Shown here: one piece after another, positions 26,246 to 37,300 of the stretch
How the letters are laid out: the number at the start of each line of letters is the position of its first letter
Numbering within the stretch: the stretch's first letter is position 1
Assembly: GCA_022508635.1 (NCBI GenBank)
Contig: JAFLUV010000001.1
Location: forward strand, 1 to 40,505
Length of the DNA: 40,505 nucleotides
Source of the DNA: Prevotellaceae bacterium
GTDB lineage: Bacteria; Bacteroidota; Bacteroidia; Bacteroidales; Bacteroidaceae
Direction of reading: 5' to 3'
The notes under the pieces: model-generated
The model's database searches: none
What the model was told of the DNA's origin: nothing
Seen by the model: the letters and a program-made list of their open reading frames with translations, nothing else
Made by a program: the position numbers and the translations under genes

Positions 26246-27400
26246 ATGAAGCACATTAAGTACATCGGTGTCGACGACCTCGACATTGACCTTTTCGAGA
26301 GCCAGTACGTGGTGCCTGAAGGCATGAGTTACAATTCCTACCTCATTGAGGACGATAGGATAGCCGTCATGGACACCGCAGACCGTCGTAAGGCGGACGA
26401 GTGGATGACAGGACTCGCTACAGCCCTTGACGGACGTCAGCCCGACTACCTCGTGGCGCACCACATGGAGCCGGATCACGCATCGCTCATCGCGGATGCG
26501 CTCAAGGCCTGGCCAGAGATGAAACTCGTATGTAGTGCACAGACAGCGAAGATGCTACCAAACTTCTTCGACAACTTCCCCTTCGAAGAACGTATTCATA
26601 TCGTGAAGGAAGGCGACACGCTCTGTCTCGGCAGCCACACCCTCCACTTCATCGCTGCACCCATGGTGCACTGGCCAGAGGTTATCATGAGCTACGAGAG
26701 CACAGAGAAGGTACTTTTCTCTGCCGACGGCTTCGGTAAGTTCGGTGCCCTTTGCAACGAAACGGACGACTGGGCCTGCGAGGCACGCCGCTACTACTTC
26801 AACATCTGCGGAAAGTACGGTGCACAGGTGCAAAGCGTTCTGAAGAAAGCCGCAACGCTCAACATACAGACCATCTGTCCACTGCACGGCCCGGTGCTCG
26901 AGGGCGAGGCCATGGCAGAGGCCATCAGGCTGTATGACATCTGGAGCCGCTACGAACCAGAGAGCGAGGGCGTACTCGTTGCATACGCCAGCATCCATGG
27001 CGGCACAGCAAAGGCAGCCGAACGCCTTGGAGAACTGCTCCGCGAGAAGGGTGCGCCGAAGGTCGTGGTGAGCGACCTGAGCCGCGACGACATGGCGGAG
27101 GTCATCGAGGATGCCTTCCGCTATCCCCGCATCGTCGTAGCGGCGGCGAGCTACGATGCCGACGTGTTCCCACCCATGCATGACTTCCTGCACCACCTAC
27201 AGATTAAGAACTACCAGAAGCGCCGCTTCGGCATTGTCGAGAACGGCAGCTGGGCACCTTGTGCAGGCCGTATCATGCGCGAGATGATAGGGAGCATGAA
27301 GGACTGTACAATCGTAGAACCCCTCGTCACCATCCGCTCCCGCATGAATGCTGCCGACGAGCAGCAACTTGCCCTCCTGGCCGATGCTATGCTGGCATAG
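26246..27400 (+). CDS. FprA-family flavodiiron protein (metallo-beta-lactamase-like plus flavodoxin-like domains)
   Basis: Diiron ligand motif HHMEPDH, later FSADGFGKFG and CPLHGP, then a flavodoxin-like C-terminal half (VLVAYASIHGGTAKAAE). I chose the ATG at 26246 (MKHIKYIGV), 16 nt after the speA stop. The tracked ORF extension overlaps speA. Confidence 0.85.
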   Translation: MKHIKYIGVDDLDIDLFESQYVVPEGMSYNSYLIEDDRIAVMDTADRRKADEWMTGLATALDGRQPDYLVAHHMEPDHASLIADALKAWPEMKLVCSAQTAKMLPNFFDNFPFEERIHIVKEGDTLCLGSHTLHFIAAPMVHWPEVIMSYESTEKVLFSADGFGKFGALCNETDDWACEARRYYFNICGKYGAQVQSVLKKAATLNIQTICPLHGPVLEGEAMAEAIRLYDIWSRYEPESEGVLVAYASIHGGTAKAAERLGELLREKGAPKVVVSDLSRDDMAEVIEDAFRYPRIVVAAASYDADVFPPMHDFLHHLQIKNYQKRRFGIVENGSWAPCAGRIMREMIGSMKDCTIVEPLVTIRSRMNAADEQQLALLADAMLA

Positions 27401-27697
27401 CACCGGCTTCCCAAAAGGCCGTTCGCAGTGATGTAATGGCGCAGAACATCTGCTTAAAGCATACACTTTTTACCCGAGCAATCCCCAAATTAGGCCTAAT
27501 ATGCAAAAAGTAGGCCCCAAATTACTTGGGAGACTAATCGTACCCATAGCTAAAAACATGGCATAGGCAGAACGCCAAGGGTGCAGTGAAGTTGCATATA
27601 TAGTGCCCGGCCGTTCCGTCCATCGTAAAGGGCGCAAACGGGCGGGGCGACGGGTTCACCTAAGTGAAGAAGCAACTTCAACTGGCTGACAAGAAGG

Positions 27698-29563
27698 CTA
27701 TCGTGCCTGTCGGTTGTCGCGGATAGAGGGTCGACGGCAGCCTTCAGTGATGAACATGGGGGAAGATTTTTCCACCTTTGTCCATTCCCTATCGGCAAAC
27801 GCTGCTTTCGTGCTGGCATCGTCGGTCAGGATATTGCCATCCGCAGAGCCTACAATGACATCATTGTTCTCGAAACAAAGACCTGCCGTGCTCTTGGCGT
27901 AGAGCAGAGGATTGCCGGAGGTGATGAAGCGGTTGCCAAGCACCCTGACATTGCGGTGGACGGGATGGTTGGCATCAACGACACGGTTCGAGGGGTTCAG
28001 GGCTATGACTGCGCGGGAGGGGCCACCGCCATAGGCACAATCAATGAAAGTATTGTTTTCTATCAGCACATCGCAGACGGGACCCGATTCGTACCAACCC
28101 TCGGCATCACCCTCAATGAGAATGGCACTCATGCCCGTCTTGCAATAGACGTTGTCGGCAATAACTACGCGACGGGGTGTCGTGACGAGGGTACCGCGCG
28201 TGTTGGTGCGTGAGAAATGGCAGCGGCGTATCTCCAGTTCAGGCGTGCATGTGATGTTCTCCACGCAATCGAGGCCAATGGCAAACCATTCAGGCACCTT
28301 GCGGTCGAAGGAGACCTCGACCAGACGATCAGAGATACGCCTTACGTTGCGTACCACGGCATTGTCCAGCCTCTCCATCGTCTCGGCACGGACGAAAGCA
28401 ACAGTGTCACCTTCCCAGAATGCCTGGAACCCATAGCTCTGGCCGTGCATGAAGCGCAGCACCAGGCAGTCGTCGGCTGTCCGGTCTACGGCTCTCAGGT
28501 TCGTGCCGTGCACGTTGACGGGGTCGTCGTGAGCACCGGCAAAAGTGCAATCCAGTATGCTCACCTTGCCACTACAGCCGGAAAAGTGCATGAAGTCTGC
28601 GGATGAGGCAATTAGACGACCGCTACCCTCGCGCGGACGGCAGTTGACGTTCTGCATCGTCACGTTGCGGGTATACTGGCTGACAATGCCCAGTCCGTGC
28701 ATATAGTGCACGTTCACATTGTGCAGCGTCACGTCACTGCTTTCATAGAGGAACACGCCTACATGGTCGCGAATAATGTCACGCACCGAAAGTACGTGGC
28801 CTATGCAAGGAGAGAAGTCTGCCGGAGTGGCGAAACGGACGAGACCCGGCTCCACTTCCTCCGCCCTTGAGGCAACGAGGACAGACCAGCCGTTGCTGTA
28901 GGCAGAACGCTCTGTCTCGGGCGCATACTCTATGCAATGATAATGGTTGGCGCGCCAGCCCTCGCCATACAGGTGTATGCGTCCCTCGCCATCTATGTCA
29001 TAGCGCACGTCGCGATGGAAACGCACTGTCGTTCCCGAGGCATCATGGGCAGCATAGGTCATCTCCGACATGCCCGGGCGCTCAAAGTCAATGTGCAGGT
29101 TGCTCAGGGTGATGTTGCTGCTATGTGCCACCGCTATCGTAATCATCTTGCCGTGGAACGTCAATGATGCTCCGTTGCCCTCAACCGTAAGATTCTCCAT
29201 GTCCTCCAACAGCATGCCTATCGTCTTGACCTTCGAGGGGCACTCTGCCTCCGTAGAGGTGTTCGAGATAAACCATTCGCGCCGTTCGGCATCTTCGGGC
29301 CATATATCGTAACGTCCCGGCTCGAACACCAGAACCTGCGCCTTGCGCTCACGACAAGCCTCGATAGCCTGACGAAGCAGCGGTGTGGCATTCCGGTAGG
29401 AATAAGGCTTCAGGCCGAACTCGGCGACATAGACTGTATCGCCCTGCACAGCAGCTGAGGCAGCCTGAAGCGGCAACAGTGCCACCAAAAGCCATAGGGA
29501 CAGCTGCGGAAGAAGCCGCCTCGCAGACAGGCTCCGCACAATGAGAATAATACGATGGTTCAT
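27698..29563 (-). CDS. secreted right-handed beta-helix glycoside hydrolase, probably GH110-like alpha-1,3-galactosidase
   Basis: 621 aa. Signal peptide (LLVALLPLQAASAA), repetitive beta-helix-like segments, AHDDPVNVHG and SRTNTRGTLVTT motifs, and a length of about 600 aa. These match my recollection of GH110, but the family call is from memory and needs an HMM check. Confidence 0.6.
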   Translation of the reverse strand: MNHRIILIVRSLSARRLLPQLSLWLLVALLPLQAASAAVQGDTVYVAEFGLKPYSYRNATPLLRQAIEACRERKAQVLVFEPGRYDIWPEDAERREWFISNTSTEAECPSKVKTIGMLLEDMENLTVEGNGASLTFHGKMITIAVAHSSNITLSNLHIDFERPGMSEMTYAAHDASGTTVRFHRDVRYDIDGEGRIHLYGEGWRANHYHCIEYAPETERSAYSNGWSVLVASRAEEVEPGLVRFATPADFSPCIGHVLSVRDIIRDHVGVFLYESSDVTLHNVNVHYMHGLGIVSQYTRNVTMQNVNCRPREGSGRLIASSADFMHFSGCSGKVSILDCTFAGAHDDPVNVHGTNLRAVDRTADDCLVLRFMHGQSYGFQAFWEGDTVAFVRAETMERLDNAVVRNVRRISDRLVEVSFDRKVPEWFAIGLDCVENITCTPELEIRRCHFSRTNTRGTLVTTPRRVVIADNVYCKTGMSAILIEGDAEGWYESGPVCDVLIENNTFIDCAYGGGPSRAVIALNPSNRVVDANHPVHRNVRVLGNRFITSGNPLLYAKSTAGLCFENNDVIVGSADGNILTDDASTKAAFADREWTKVEKSSPMFITEGCRRPSIRDNRQAR

Positions 29564-29596
29564 GGTTGTTAGTCTTGTTTTTATCTATTTGTCCTG

Positions 29597-29604
29597 CAAA
29601 GATA
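29597..29604 (-). promoter_or_regulatory. -7 box TATCTTTG upstream of the GH110-like gene
   Basis: The minus strand reads ggcgTATCTTTGcagg, 33 nt upstream of the ATG at 29563. Confidence 0.5.
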
Positions 29605-29790
29605 CGCCTTTTTCATGAAAGCCGTATCATCATAACATAAGAAACGCATCAGTCCGGGACACTTTTTGTACGTAGAAGCCGGTTATCCCGCAAACGCCTT
29701 ATGCCCGTTTATACCATATATCAACGACTTGGACAAGCGATGGTGTCTCCCGAAGCATGACATGACACTGCCTTTACTTGATAATGCCTT

Positions 29791-29882
29791 TATCTTCCCT
29801 ATAGGGAACATAATATCTTTCCTATAGGGAACATTGTATCTTACCTATAGGGAAGATTGTGACTTTCCTATAGGTAAGATTG
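29791..29882. repeat. four phased 23-bp tandem repeats with palindromic CCTATAGG core
   Basis: The units are tatcttccctatagggaacataa, tatctttcctatagggaacattg, tatcttacctatagggaagattg and tgactttcctataggtaagattg, at 29791, 29814, 29837 and 29860. Unit 1 contains the perfect 12-bp palindrome TCCCTATAGGGA. Confidence 0.85.
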
Positions 29883-30005
29883 ACATGTTTCAATAGAAAG
29901 ACAATGACTGACTACTATTGACACACCGTATAGTGCAGCTTCAGATGCAATGTCAAGCAGCATGGCATCCACTCCCCTATCGGCCTTGAGCCCGAGACAG
30001 GCAAA

Positions 30006-30038
30006 CAAAAAAACCGCAGGGCTTACGCCTTGCGGTTT
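30006..30038 (-). terminator. rho-independent terminator after rpoC
   Basis: The minus strand reads CCGCAAGGC-GTAA-GCCCTGCGG followed by TTTTTTT. The stem is 9 bp with one A/C mismatch and a GNRA-like loop. It starts 28 nt after the rpoC stop. A short T run on the plus-strand side makes it potentially bidirectional. Confidence 0.8.
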
Positions 30039-30065
30039 TCTCTTCATGATTATATGTCAATGCGT

Positions 30066-33000
30066 TTAGTACATATCGTCGACATAATTGAGCAGCGTCT
30101 TGCGGCTGGCAAGGGTGCGGTCATAATCCTCGCGGTTGGTGACCACAATCTTGTCGAACTCACGCATACCAGTACCAGCAGGGATGAGATGACCGCAGAT
30201 AACGTTCTCCTTCATACCGGCCAAGTAGTCCGTCTTGCCGTTGATAGCGGCTTCGTTGAGCACCTTGGTGGTCTCCTGGAAAGAAGCAGCAGAGATAAAG
30301 CTGCTGGTCTGCAGTGCAGCATGGGTAATACCCTGCAAGATCTGCTTGGACGTTGCGGGACGGGCATCGCGTACCTGGACGATCTTCTTGTCCTGACGCT
30401 TGAGAAGGGAGTTCTCGTCGCGCAGGCGGCGTGCCGTTACAATCTGACCGTTCTGCATGTTCTCCGAATCGCCACAATCAATAACCACCTTCTTACCCCA
30501 GATGCTGTCATTCTCTTCGTTGAAGTCAAGCTTGTCGACAACCTGCTGAGCAAGGAAACGGGTATCGCCTGCATCGTCAATCTGTACCTTACGCATCATC
30601 TGGCGAACAATGACCTCGAAGTGCTTGTCGTTGATCTTCACGCCCTGGAGACGGTAAACGTCCTGTATCTCATTGACGATGTACTCCTGTACGGCCGTGG
30701 GACCCTTGATGGCAAGAATGTCGGCAGGCGTGATGGCACCGTCGGAAAGCGGCGTACCGGCACGGACATAGTCGTTCTCCTGCACCAGAATCTGACGGTT
30801 GGCAGGGATGAGATACTTCTTGACAGCCTCCTCGCCTCCCAGACGCGGCGTGATGATAACCTCGCGATTACCACGCTTGAGCTTGCCCATCGACACCTCA
30901 CCGTCAATCTCGGCAACCGTAGCCGGGTTGCTCGGGTTGCGTGCCTCGAAGAGCTCCGTCACACGAGGCAGACCGCCGGTGATATCACCGCCGCCACCGA
31001 TGACGCGAGGTATCTTGACAAGCACATCGCCTGCCTTCACCTCCTGTCCGTTCTCGACGGCAATATGGCCGCCGATAGGCAGGTTGTAGTGGCGCAGGAT
31101 GTCGCCGTTCTCGTCCAGGATATGTACGGTGGGCACACGCATCCTGTCGTGCGACTCAATGACGATGAGCTCCTGCAGACCAGTCTGTTCGTCAGTCTCT
31201 ACCTTGTAGTTGACTCCCTCAATGACATCCTCGAACCGAACCTTACCGGGCATTTCCGTAACGACAACGGCATTGAAGGGATCCCACTTGGCAACAATCT
31301 CGTCCTTCTGGACAATGTCACCATCATTCTTGTACAGGGTGCTACCATAGGGCACATTGGCCGTGAGCAGGACAATGCCTGTAGTAGGATCAATGAAGCG
31401 AACCTCCGTCAGACGGCCTACCACGACCTTGGCAGGCGTTCCTGCATCATCAACGACATCTACGGTACGCAACTCCTCGAACTCGATGCGGGCATCGTAC
31501 TTCGCCTTGATTCGGGCATTAGCGGCGGCATTGCCTGCCACACCACCGGCATGGAACGTACGTAGCGTCAGCTGTGTACCAGGCTCACCGATGGATTGTG
31601 CTGCAATGACACCGACAGCCTCGCCCTTCTGCACCATAAGGCTGGTAGCAAGGTTGCGGCCGTAGCACTTCATGCAGACACCCCTCCTGCTCTCGCAAGT
31701 GAGCACGGAACGGATCTCAACGGTTTCAATGGGGCTTTCCTCTATCTCTTGTGCCTTTGCCTCAGTAATCTCTTCACCAGAAGCACAGATGAGTTTGCCA
31801 GTAAGAGGATGGATCACATCGTGCACAGAAACACGGCCCAGGATACGGTCGTAGAGACTGCTGATAACCTCGTCACCATTCTTCAAGGCAGAACATACAA
31901 GGCCGCGCAAGGTACCGCAATCCTCTTCATTGATAATCACATCATGGCTGACATCCACCAAACGACGGGTCAGGTAACCTGCATCGGCAGTCTTCAGTGC
32001 GGTGTCGGCAAGACCCTTACGGGCACCATGCGTAGAGATGAAGTACTCAAGTACACTCATACCCTCCTTAAAGTTGGAAAGGATGGGGTTCTCGATAGTA
32101 TCTGGCTCTGCACCTGCCTTTTGGGGCTTAGCCATCAAACCACGCATACCGGAGAGCTGGCTGATCTGTCCTGCACTACCACGGGCACCGGAGTCAAGCA
32201 TCATGTACACGGCATTGAAGCCCTGGTCAGCCTCCTTCATAGTCTTCATCAGAGCCTTTGAAAGGTCGTTATTGACATGTGTCCAGATATCGATGACCTG
32301 ATTGTGGCGCTCCTTGTCGGTGATGAAACCCATGCCATATTCGCCACTGATACGCTCAACCTCCTCATTACCTTTGCGAATGAGTTCCTCCTTCTCCTCG
32401 GGAATAATGATATCGCCCAAGTTGAAGGACAAGCCACCCTCGTATGCCAGACGATAACCGAGGTTCTTAATACCGTCCAGGAATTCGCAGGCACGAGCTA
32501 TGCCAACTGTCTTGATGACATCGGTAATGATGCCACGCAAAGTCTTCTTGGAAATAACGTCATTGAAGAATCCCACCTCAACAGGAATAATTTCGTTAGC
32601 AATGACGCGACCAACAGAAGTCTCAACCATACGCTTGCCGATTGTGCCGTCCTCAAGTTTGTCGTCAACAACGACGAAGACAGGAGCATGCACGTCAACA
32701 CGCTTCTCATTATATGCTATGATAGCTTCCTCGGGACCATAGAATTTCAGACCGCTGCCTTTTGCACCGGGACGCAGCTTGGTAATGTAATACAGACCGA
32801 GCACCATATCCTGGGAGGGTACGGTGATAGGCGTGCCGCTGGCAGGGTTCAAGATATTATGCGACTGAAGCATCAAAATCTGAGCCTCCAGTATTGCCTC
32901 GTTGCTCAAAGGCAGATGCACAGCCATCTGGTCACCATCGAAGTCGGCATTGAATGCCGTACAAGCCAAAGGATGAAGCTGAATAGCCTTACCCTCAATC

Positions 33001-34367
33001 ATTTTTGGCTGAAAAGCCTGAATACCGAGACGGTGCAGCGTCGGCGCACGGTTCAGCAAGACAGGATGACCCTTCATAACGAACTCCAAGATATCCCAAA
33101 TGATGGGATCCTTACGATCGACTATCTTCTTGGCGCTCTTCACCGTCTTCACGATGCCACGCTCGATAAGCTTGCGGATGATAAAGGGTTTGTAAAGCTC
33201 TGCGGCCATCAGTTTAGGTATACCACACTCGCCCATCTTCAATTCGGGACCAACCACGATTACAGAACGGGCTGAGTAGTCGACACGCTTACCGAGCAAG
33301 TTCTGACGGAAACGGCCGGGCTTACCCTTGAGCGAATCGGAGAGAGACTTCAGCGGACGGTTGCTTTCTGTCTTGACAGCACTGCTCTTGCGACTGTTGT
33401 CGAAAAGGCTGTCCACCGCCTCCTGCAACATACGCTTCTCGTTACGCAAGATGACTTCGGGAGCCTTGATCTCAATGAGTCTCTTGAGACGGTTATTACG
33501 AATGATGACACGACGATAAAGGTCATTAAGATCACTCGTTGCGAAACGACCGCCATCCAAGGGCACCAAAGGACGAAGCTCTGGGGGAATGACAGGCAGG
33601 GTACGCATTATCATCCACTCAGGCTTATTCGTCTTGGCACTTGCACGGAAACTCTCCACGACCTGAAGACGCTTCAACACATCATTCTTGTGCTGCTGGG
33701 CACAATCTCTGTTAGCTTCATCGCGCAACTGATTGGAAAGAGAGTCAAGGTCAAGCTCTACGAGCAGGTCGTATATAGCCTCTGCACCCATCTTGGCAAT
33801 GAACTTGTTGGGATCGCTGTTATCTAAGTATTCATTACCCTGGGGCAGGCGTTCCATAATGTTCTCATACTCTTCCTCAGAGAGCAAATCGAACTTCTGG
33901 ACAGGAATCTCCTTATTCTTTGCCATAACGCCAGGCTGAATCACGATGTAACGCTCATAATAGATAACTGCATCGAGCTTCTTGGTAGGAATGCCGAGCA
34001 GATAGCCAATCTTGTTGGGCAGAGAACGGAAATACCAAATGTGTGCCACAGGCACAACAAGCTGGATATGACCGCTACGCTCGCGACGCACCTTCTTCTC
34101 TGTCACCTCTACGCCACAACGGTCACAGACGTTACCTTTGTAGCGGATACGTTTATACTTTCCGCAATGGCACTCATAGTCCTTGGTAGGACCGAAGATG
34201 CGCTCGCAGAAGAGGCCGTCACGCTCGGGCTTGTAGGTTCGGTAATTGATAGTCTCGGGCTTGAGCACCTCGCCATAGGAGTTCGCAAGAATCTCCTCAG
34301 GAGATGCCAGACCGATTGTTATCTTGGTAAAGTTTGTCTTTACCTTATTTTCTTTTTTAAAAGCCAT
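30066..34367 (-). CDS. rpoC: DNA-directed RNA polymerase subunit beta-prime
   Basis: 1433 aa. Zn-finger [20 protein letters not shown] and the catalytic [12 protein letters not shown] motif. Confidence 0.99.
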   Translation of the reverse strand: MAFKKENKVKTNFTKITIGLASPEEILANSYGEVLKPETINYRTYKPERDGLFCERIFGPTKDYECHCGKYKRIRYKGNVCDRCGVEVTEKKVRRERSGHIQLVVPVAHIWYFRSLPNKIGYLLGIPTKKLDAVIYYERYIVIQPGVMAKNKEIPVQKFDLLSEEEYENIMERLPQGNEYLDNSDPNKFIAKMGAEAIYDLLVELDLDSLSNQLRDEANRDCAQQHKNDVLKRLQVVESFRASAKTNKPEWMIMRTLPVIPPELRPLVPLDGGRFATSDLNDLYRRVIIRNNRLKRLIEIKAPEVILRNEKRMLQEAVDSLFDNSRKSSAVKTESNRPLKSLSDSLKGKPGRFRQNLLGKRVDYSARSVIVVGPELKMGECGIPKLMAAELYKPFIIRKLIERGIVKTVKSAKKIVDRKDPIIWDILEFVMKGHPVLLNRAPTLHRLGIQAFQPKMIEGKAIQLHPLACTAFNADFDGDQMAVHLPLSNEAILEAQILMLQSHNILNPASGTPITVPSQDMVLGLYYITKLRPGAKGSGLKFYGPEEAIIAYNEKRVDVHAPVFVVVDDKLEDGTIGKRMVETSVGRVIANEIIPVEVGFFNDVISKKTLRGIITDVIKTVGIARACEFLDGIKNLGYRLAYEGGLSFNLGDIIIPEEKEELIRKGNEEVERISGEYGMGFITDKERHNQVIDIWTHVNNDLSKALMKTMKEADQGFNAVYMMLDSGARGSAGQISQLSGMRGLMAKPQKAGAEPDTIENPILSNFKEGMSVLEYFISTHGARKGLADTALKTADAGYLTRRLVDVSHDVIINEEDCGTLRGLVCSALKNGDEVISSLYDRILGRVSVHDVIHPLTGKLICASGEEITEAKAQEIEESPIETVEIRSVLTCESRRGVCMKCYGRNLATSLMVQKGEAVGVIAAQSIGEPGTQLTLRTFHAGGVAGNAAANARIKAKYDARIEFEELRTVDVVDDAGTPAKVVVGRLTEVRFIDPTTGIVLLTANVPYGSTLYKNDGDIVQKDEIVAKWDPFNAVVVTEMPGKVRFEDVIEGVNYKVETDEQTGLQELIVIESHDRMRVPTVHILDENGDILRHYNLPIGGHIAVENGQEVKAGDVLVKIPRVIGGGGDITGGLPRVTELFEARNPSNPATVAEIDGEVSMGKLKRGNREVIITPRLGGEEAVKKYLIPANRQILVQENDYVRAGTPLSDGAITPADILAIKGPTAVQEYIVNEIQDVYRLQGVKINDKHFEVIVRQMMRKVQIDDAGDTRFLAQQVVDKLDFNEENDSIWGKKVVIDCGDSENMQNGQIVTARRLRDENSLLKRQDKKIVQVRDARPATSKQILQGITHAALQTSSFISAASFQETTKVLNEAAINGKTDYLAGMKENVICGHLIPAGTGMREFDKIVVTNREDYDRTLASRKTLLNYVDDMY

Positions 34368-34398
34368 GTTTTGATATCCTTTCTAAAAAGCGATTCAT

Positions 34399-37300
34399 TT
34401 ATTCCAAACTTACACGCAGTCCTAAACCGCGAAGTTCGTGAAGCAACACATTGAGGGACTCGGGGATGCCCGGTGTAGGCATGTGGTCACCCTTAACGAT
34501 AGCTTCGTAAGCCTTGCTGCGACCCACGACATCGTCACTCTTGATTGTGAGAATTTCCTGCAATACATGTGAAGCACCAAATGCCTCAATTGCCCAGACC
34601 TCCATCTCACCGAAACGCTGACCGCCAAACTGTGCCTTACCACCAAGAGGCTGTTGCGTGATGAGAGAGTACGGACCTATGCTACGTGCATGCATCTTGT
34701 CTTCCACCATGTGACCCAGCTTAAGCATATATGCCACACCAACCGTTGCAAGCTGGTCGAAGGGCTCGCCGGTAGCTCCGTCGTAAAGCTGTGTCGAACA
34801 ATAGCGGGGCAGGCCTGCCTTGTCTGTCCACTCGCAAAGATCGTCAAGGGAAGCACCGTCGAAGATAGGCGTTGCAAACTTAACACCGAGCTTCTGACCT
34901 GCAGCACCAAGCACGGTCTCGAAAATCTGACCGATATTCATACGAGAAGGCACGCCCAGCGGGTTGAGCACGATGTCTACAGGGGTTCCATCGGCAAGGA
35001 AAGGCATGTCCTCCTGACGTACAACCTTGCTGACGATACCCTTGTTACCGTGACGACCGGCCATCTTATCACCGACGCCAATTTTACGCTTCTTGGCAAT
35101 ATATACCTTTGCTAACTGGATAATGCCGTTGGGCAGCTCGTCTCCAAGGCTAATGGCATATTTTTTCCTCTTCATCTCTGTCTCAAGCAACTTATACTTC
35201 TTGAGATAATTGATGATGAGTTTACCGATGAGCTCGTTGACATGCTCGTCATCTGTCCATCCTGTGAGCTGAACAGTCGTATAGTCTATATTATTAAGCA
35301 GGTTGGCTGTAATGGTACCACCCTGGGCAATAAGCTCTACGCCCACATTGTCCGTGATGCCTTGGCTCTTCTTCTTGTTAGTAAGCTCCAACAATTTGTC
35401 TACAAGGATTGCCTTCAGGTCTTCAACCTTACTGCTAAATTCCTCGTCAATGGCAGCCAAACGGGGCTTGTCCAGTTGCTTCATCTTGCCGGTCTTAGTG
35501 GCTTTGGTGAAGAGTTTTTTGTCGATAACGACACCGTTGAGCGAAGGACTTGCCTTGAGCGAAGCGTCTTTCACATCACCGGCCTTATCACCAAAAATAG
35601 CACGCAGAAGCTTTTCTTCCGGACTGGGATCACTCTCACCCTTAGGTGTGATTTTGCCAATCATAATATCGCCAGGAGCCACACGTGCACCGATACGAAT
35701 GATGCCATTCTCGTCAAGATCCTTGGTTGCCTCTTCGCTGACATTGGGGATATCAGCTGTAAGCTCCTCCATGCCACGCTTTGTTTCACGTACTTCCAGA
35801 GAGAACTCCTCAACATGGACACTGGTAAGGATATCTTCACGCACAATACGCTCGTTAAGCACAATAGCATCTTCATAGTTGTAACCCTTCCAAGGCATGT
35901 AGGCAACTAGAAGGTTCTTACCCAGTGCCAGTTCGCCATCCTCGGTAGAATAGCCTTCCGTAAGAATCTGGCCATTTACCACCCTGTCACCCTTGTTGCA
36001 GATAGGACGAAGGTCAATCGTCATGTTCTGGTTTGTGCGACGGAACTTAGGTATGCGGTACTCTTTCAGAGCAGGCTCAAAGCTGACAAACTCCTCGTCC
36101 TCCGTACGGTCATAGAGGATGCGGATAGTGGTAGCATCGACATATTCTACCACGCCATCGCCCTCTGCACAAATCATCGTACGGGAATCCACACAGACTT
36201 GACGTTCGATGCCAGTACCGACGATAGGAGCCTCGGTACGCATCAATGGCACAGCCTGACGCATCATGTTCGAACCCATCAGTGCACGGTGCGCATCGTC
36301 ATGCTCCAAGAAAGGAATCAAAGCGGCTGCGATAGAGGCAATCTGCTGGGGAGCCACGTCCATAAGGTTAACCTCAGAAGGCGGAACCACAGGATAGTCA
36401 TCATCCTGACGGCACTTCACCTTGGTGCGAATAAAGCTACCATCATCATTGAGAGGCGCATTACCCTGACCAATAACGAGCCCATTCTCCTCCTCTGCCG
36501 TCATGTAGCAAACACCTTCAGGAGTGAGGTCTACTTTCCCATCCTGAACCCGGCGATAAGGTGTCTCTATGAATCCTAAGTCATTGATCTTAGCGTAAAC
36601 GCAAAGAGAAGATATCAAGCCGATGTTAGGACCTTCGGGAGACTCAATGGGACAAAGTCGGCCGTAGTGTGTATAGTGTACGTCACGCACCTCGAAGCCG
36701 GCACGTTCACGGGACAGACCGCCAGGACCAAGAGCAGAGAGACGGCGCTTGTGAGTCACTTCAGCCAAAGGATTGGTCTGATCCATAAACTGGCTCAGAG
36801 CATTGGTTCCGAAGAAACTGTTGATGACGCCACCCAGGCTCTTGCTGGTCAATAGGTCAGTAGGAGTGAACACCTCATTGTCACGGACATTCATACGCTC
36901 ACGAATAGTACGAATCATACGAGACAATCCAATGGCAAACTGATTGGCCAACTGTTCACCGACCGTGCGTACGCGACGATTACTTAAATGGTCAATATCA
37001 TCCACATTGGCTTTAGAGTTGACCAGTTCTATCAGGTATTTGATAATCTCAATGATGTCCTCCTTCGTTAGTACGCGCACATCGGGATCTGTATCCAAGC
37101 CCAATTTATGGTTGATGCGATAACGCCCCACTTCACCCAAGTCATAGCGCTTCTCACTGAAGAAGAGGTTAAGGATAACTTCCTTTGCACTGGCATCGTC
37201 CACAGGGTCTGCATTGCGCAACTGCTTATATATGTAGCTGATAGCTTCCCTCTCACTGTTGGTAGCATCTTTCTGGAATGTATTAAATATAATACTATAA

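Noticed and set aside
21485-27466. Numerous 60-213-aa ORFs antisense to or out of frame with topA, aroK, speA and the flavodiiron gene (e.g. 21690-22217, 25741-26325, 26555-27196)
   Set aside because: Each is fully nested in a confidently identified gene. They are typical by-products of high GC3 and have no motifs.
27550-27819. 89-aa minus-strand ORF
   Set aside because: It overlaps the 3' end of the glycosidase gene in another frame and extends into the convergent intergenic region. It has no start context or motif.
29791-29882. CRISPR array interpretation of the 23-bp repeats
   Set aside because: The units are directly adjacent with no unique spacers, there are only four copies, and no cas genes are present in the window.
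30030-31565. 511-aa stop-free ORF on the plus strand
   Set aside because: It lies entirely antisense to rpoC, whose translation is unmistakable. The product is low-complexity (Leu/Val/Asp/Gly-rich) with no motifs. Long antisense ORFs are expected opposite GC3-biased genes. The same applies to 31596-32261, 32277-33275 and 34041-34454.
35242-35910. 222-aa and 191-aa plus-strand ORFs, and others at 34654-35115, 36199-36579 and 37108-37714
   Set aside because: All are antisense shadows inside rpoB and carry no recognisable motifs.
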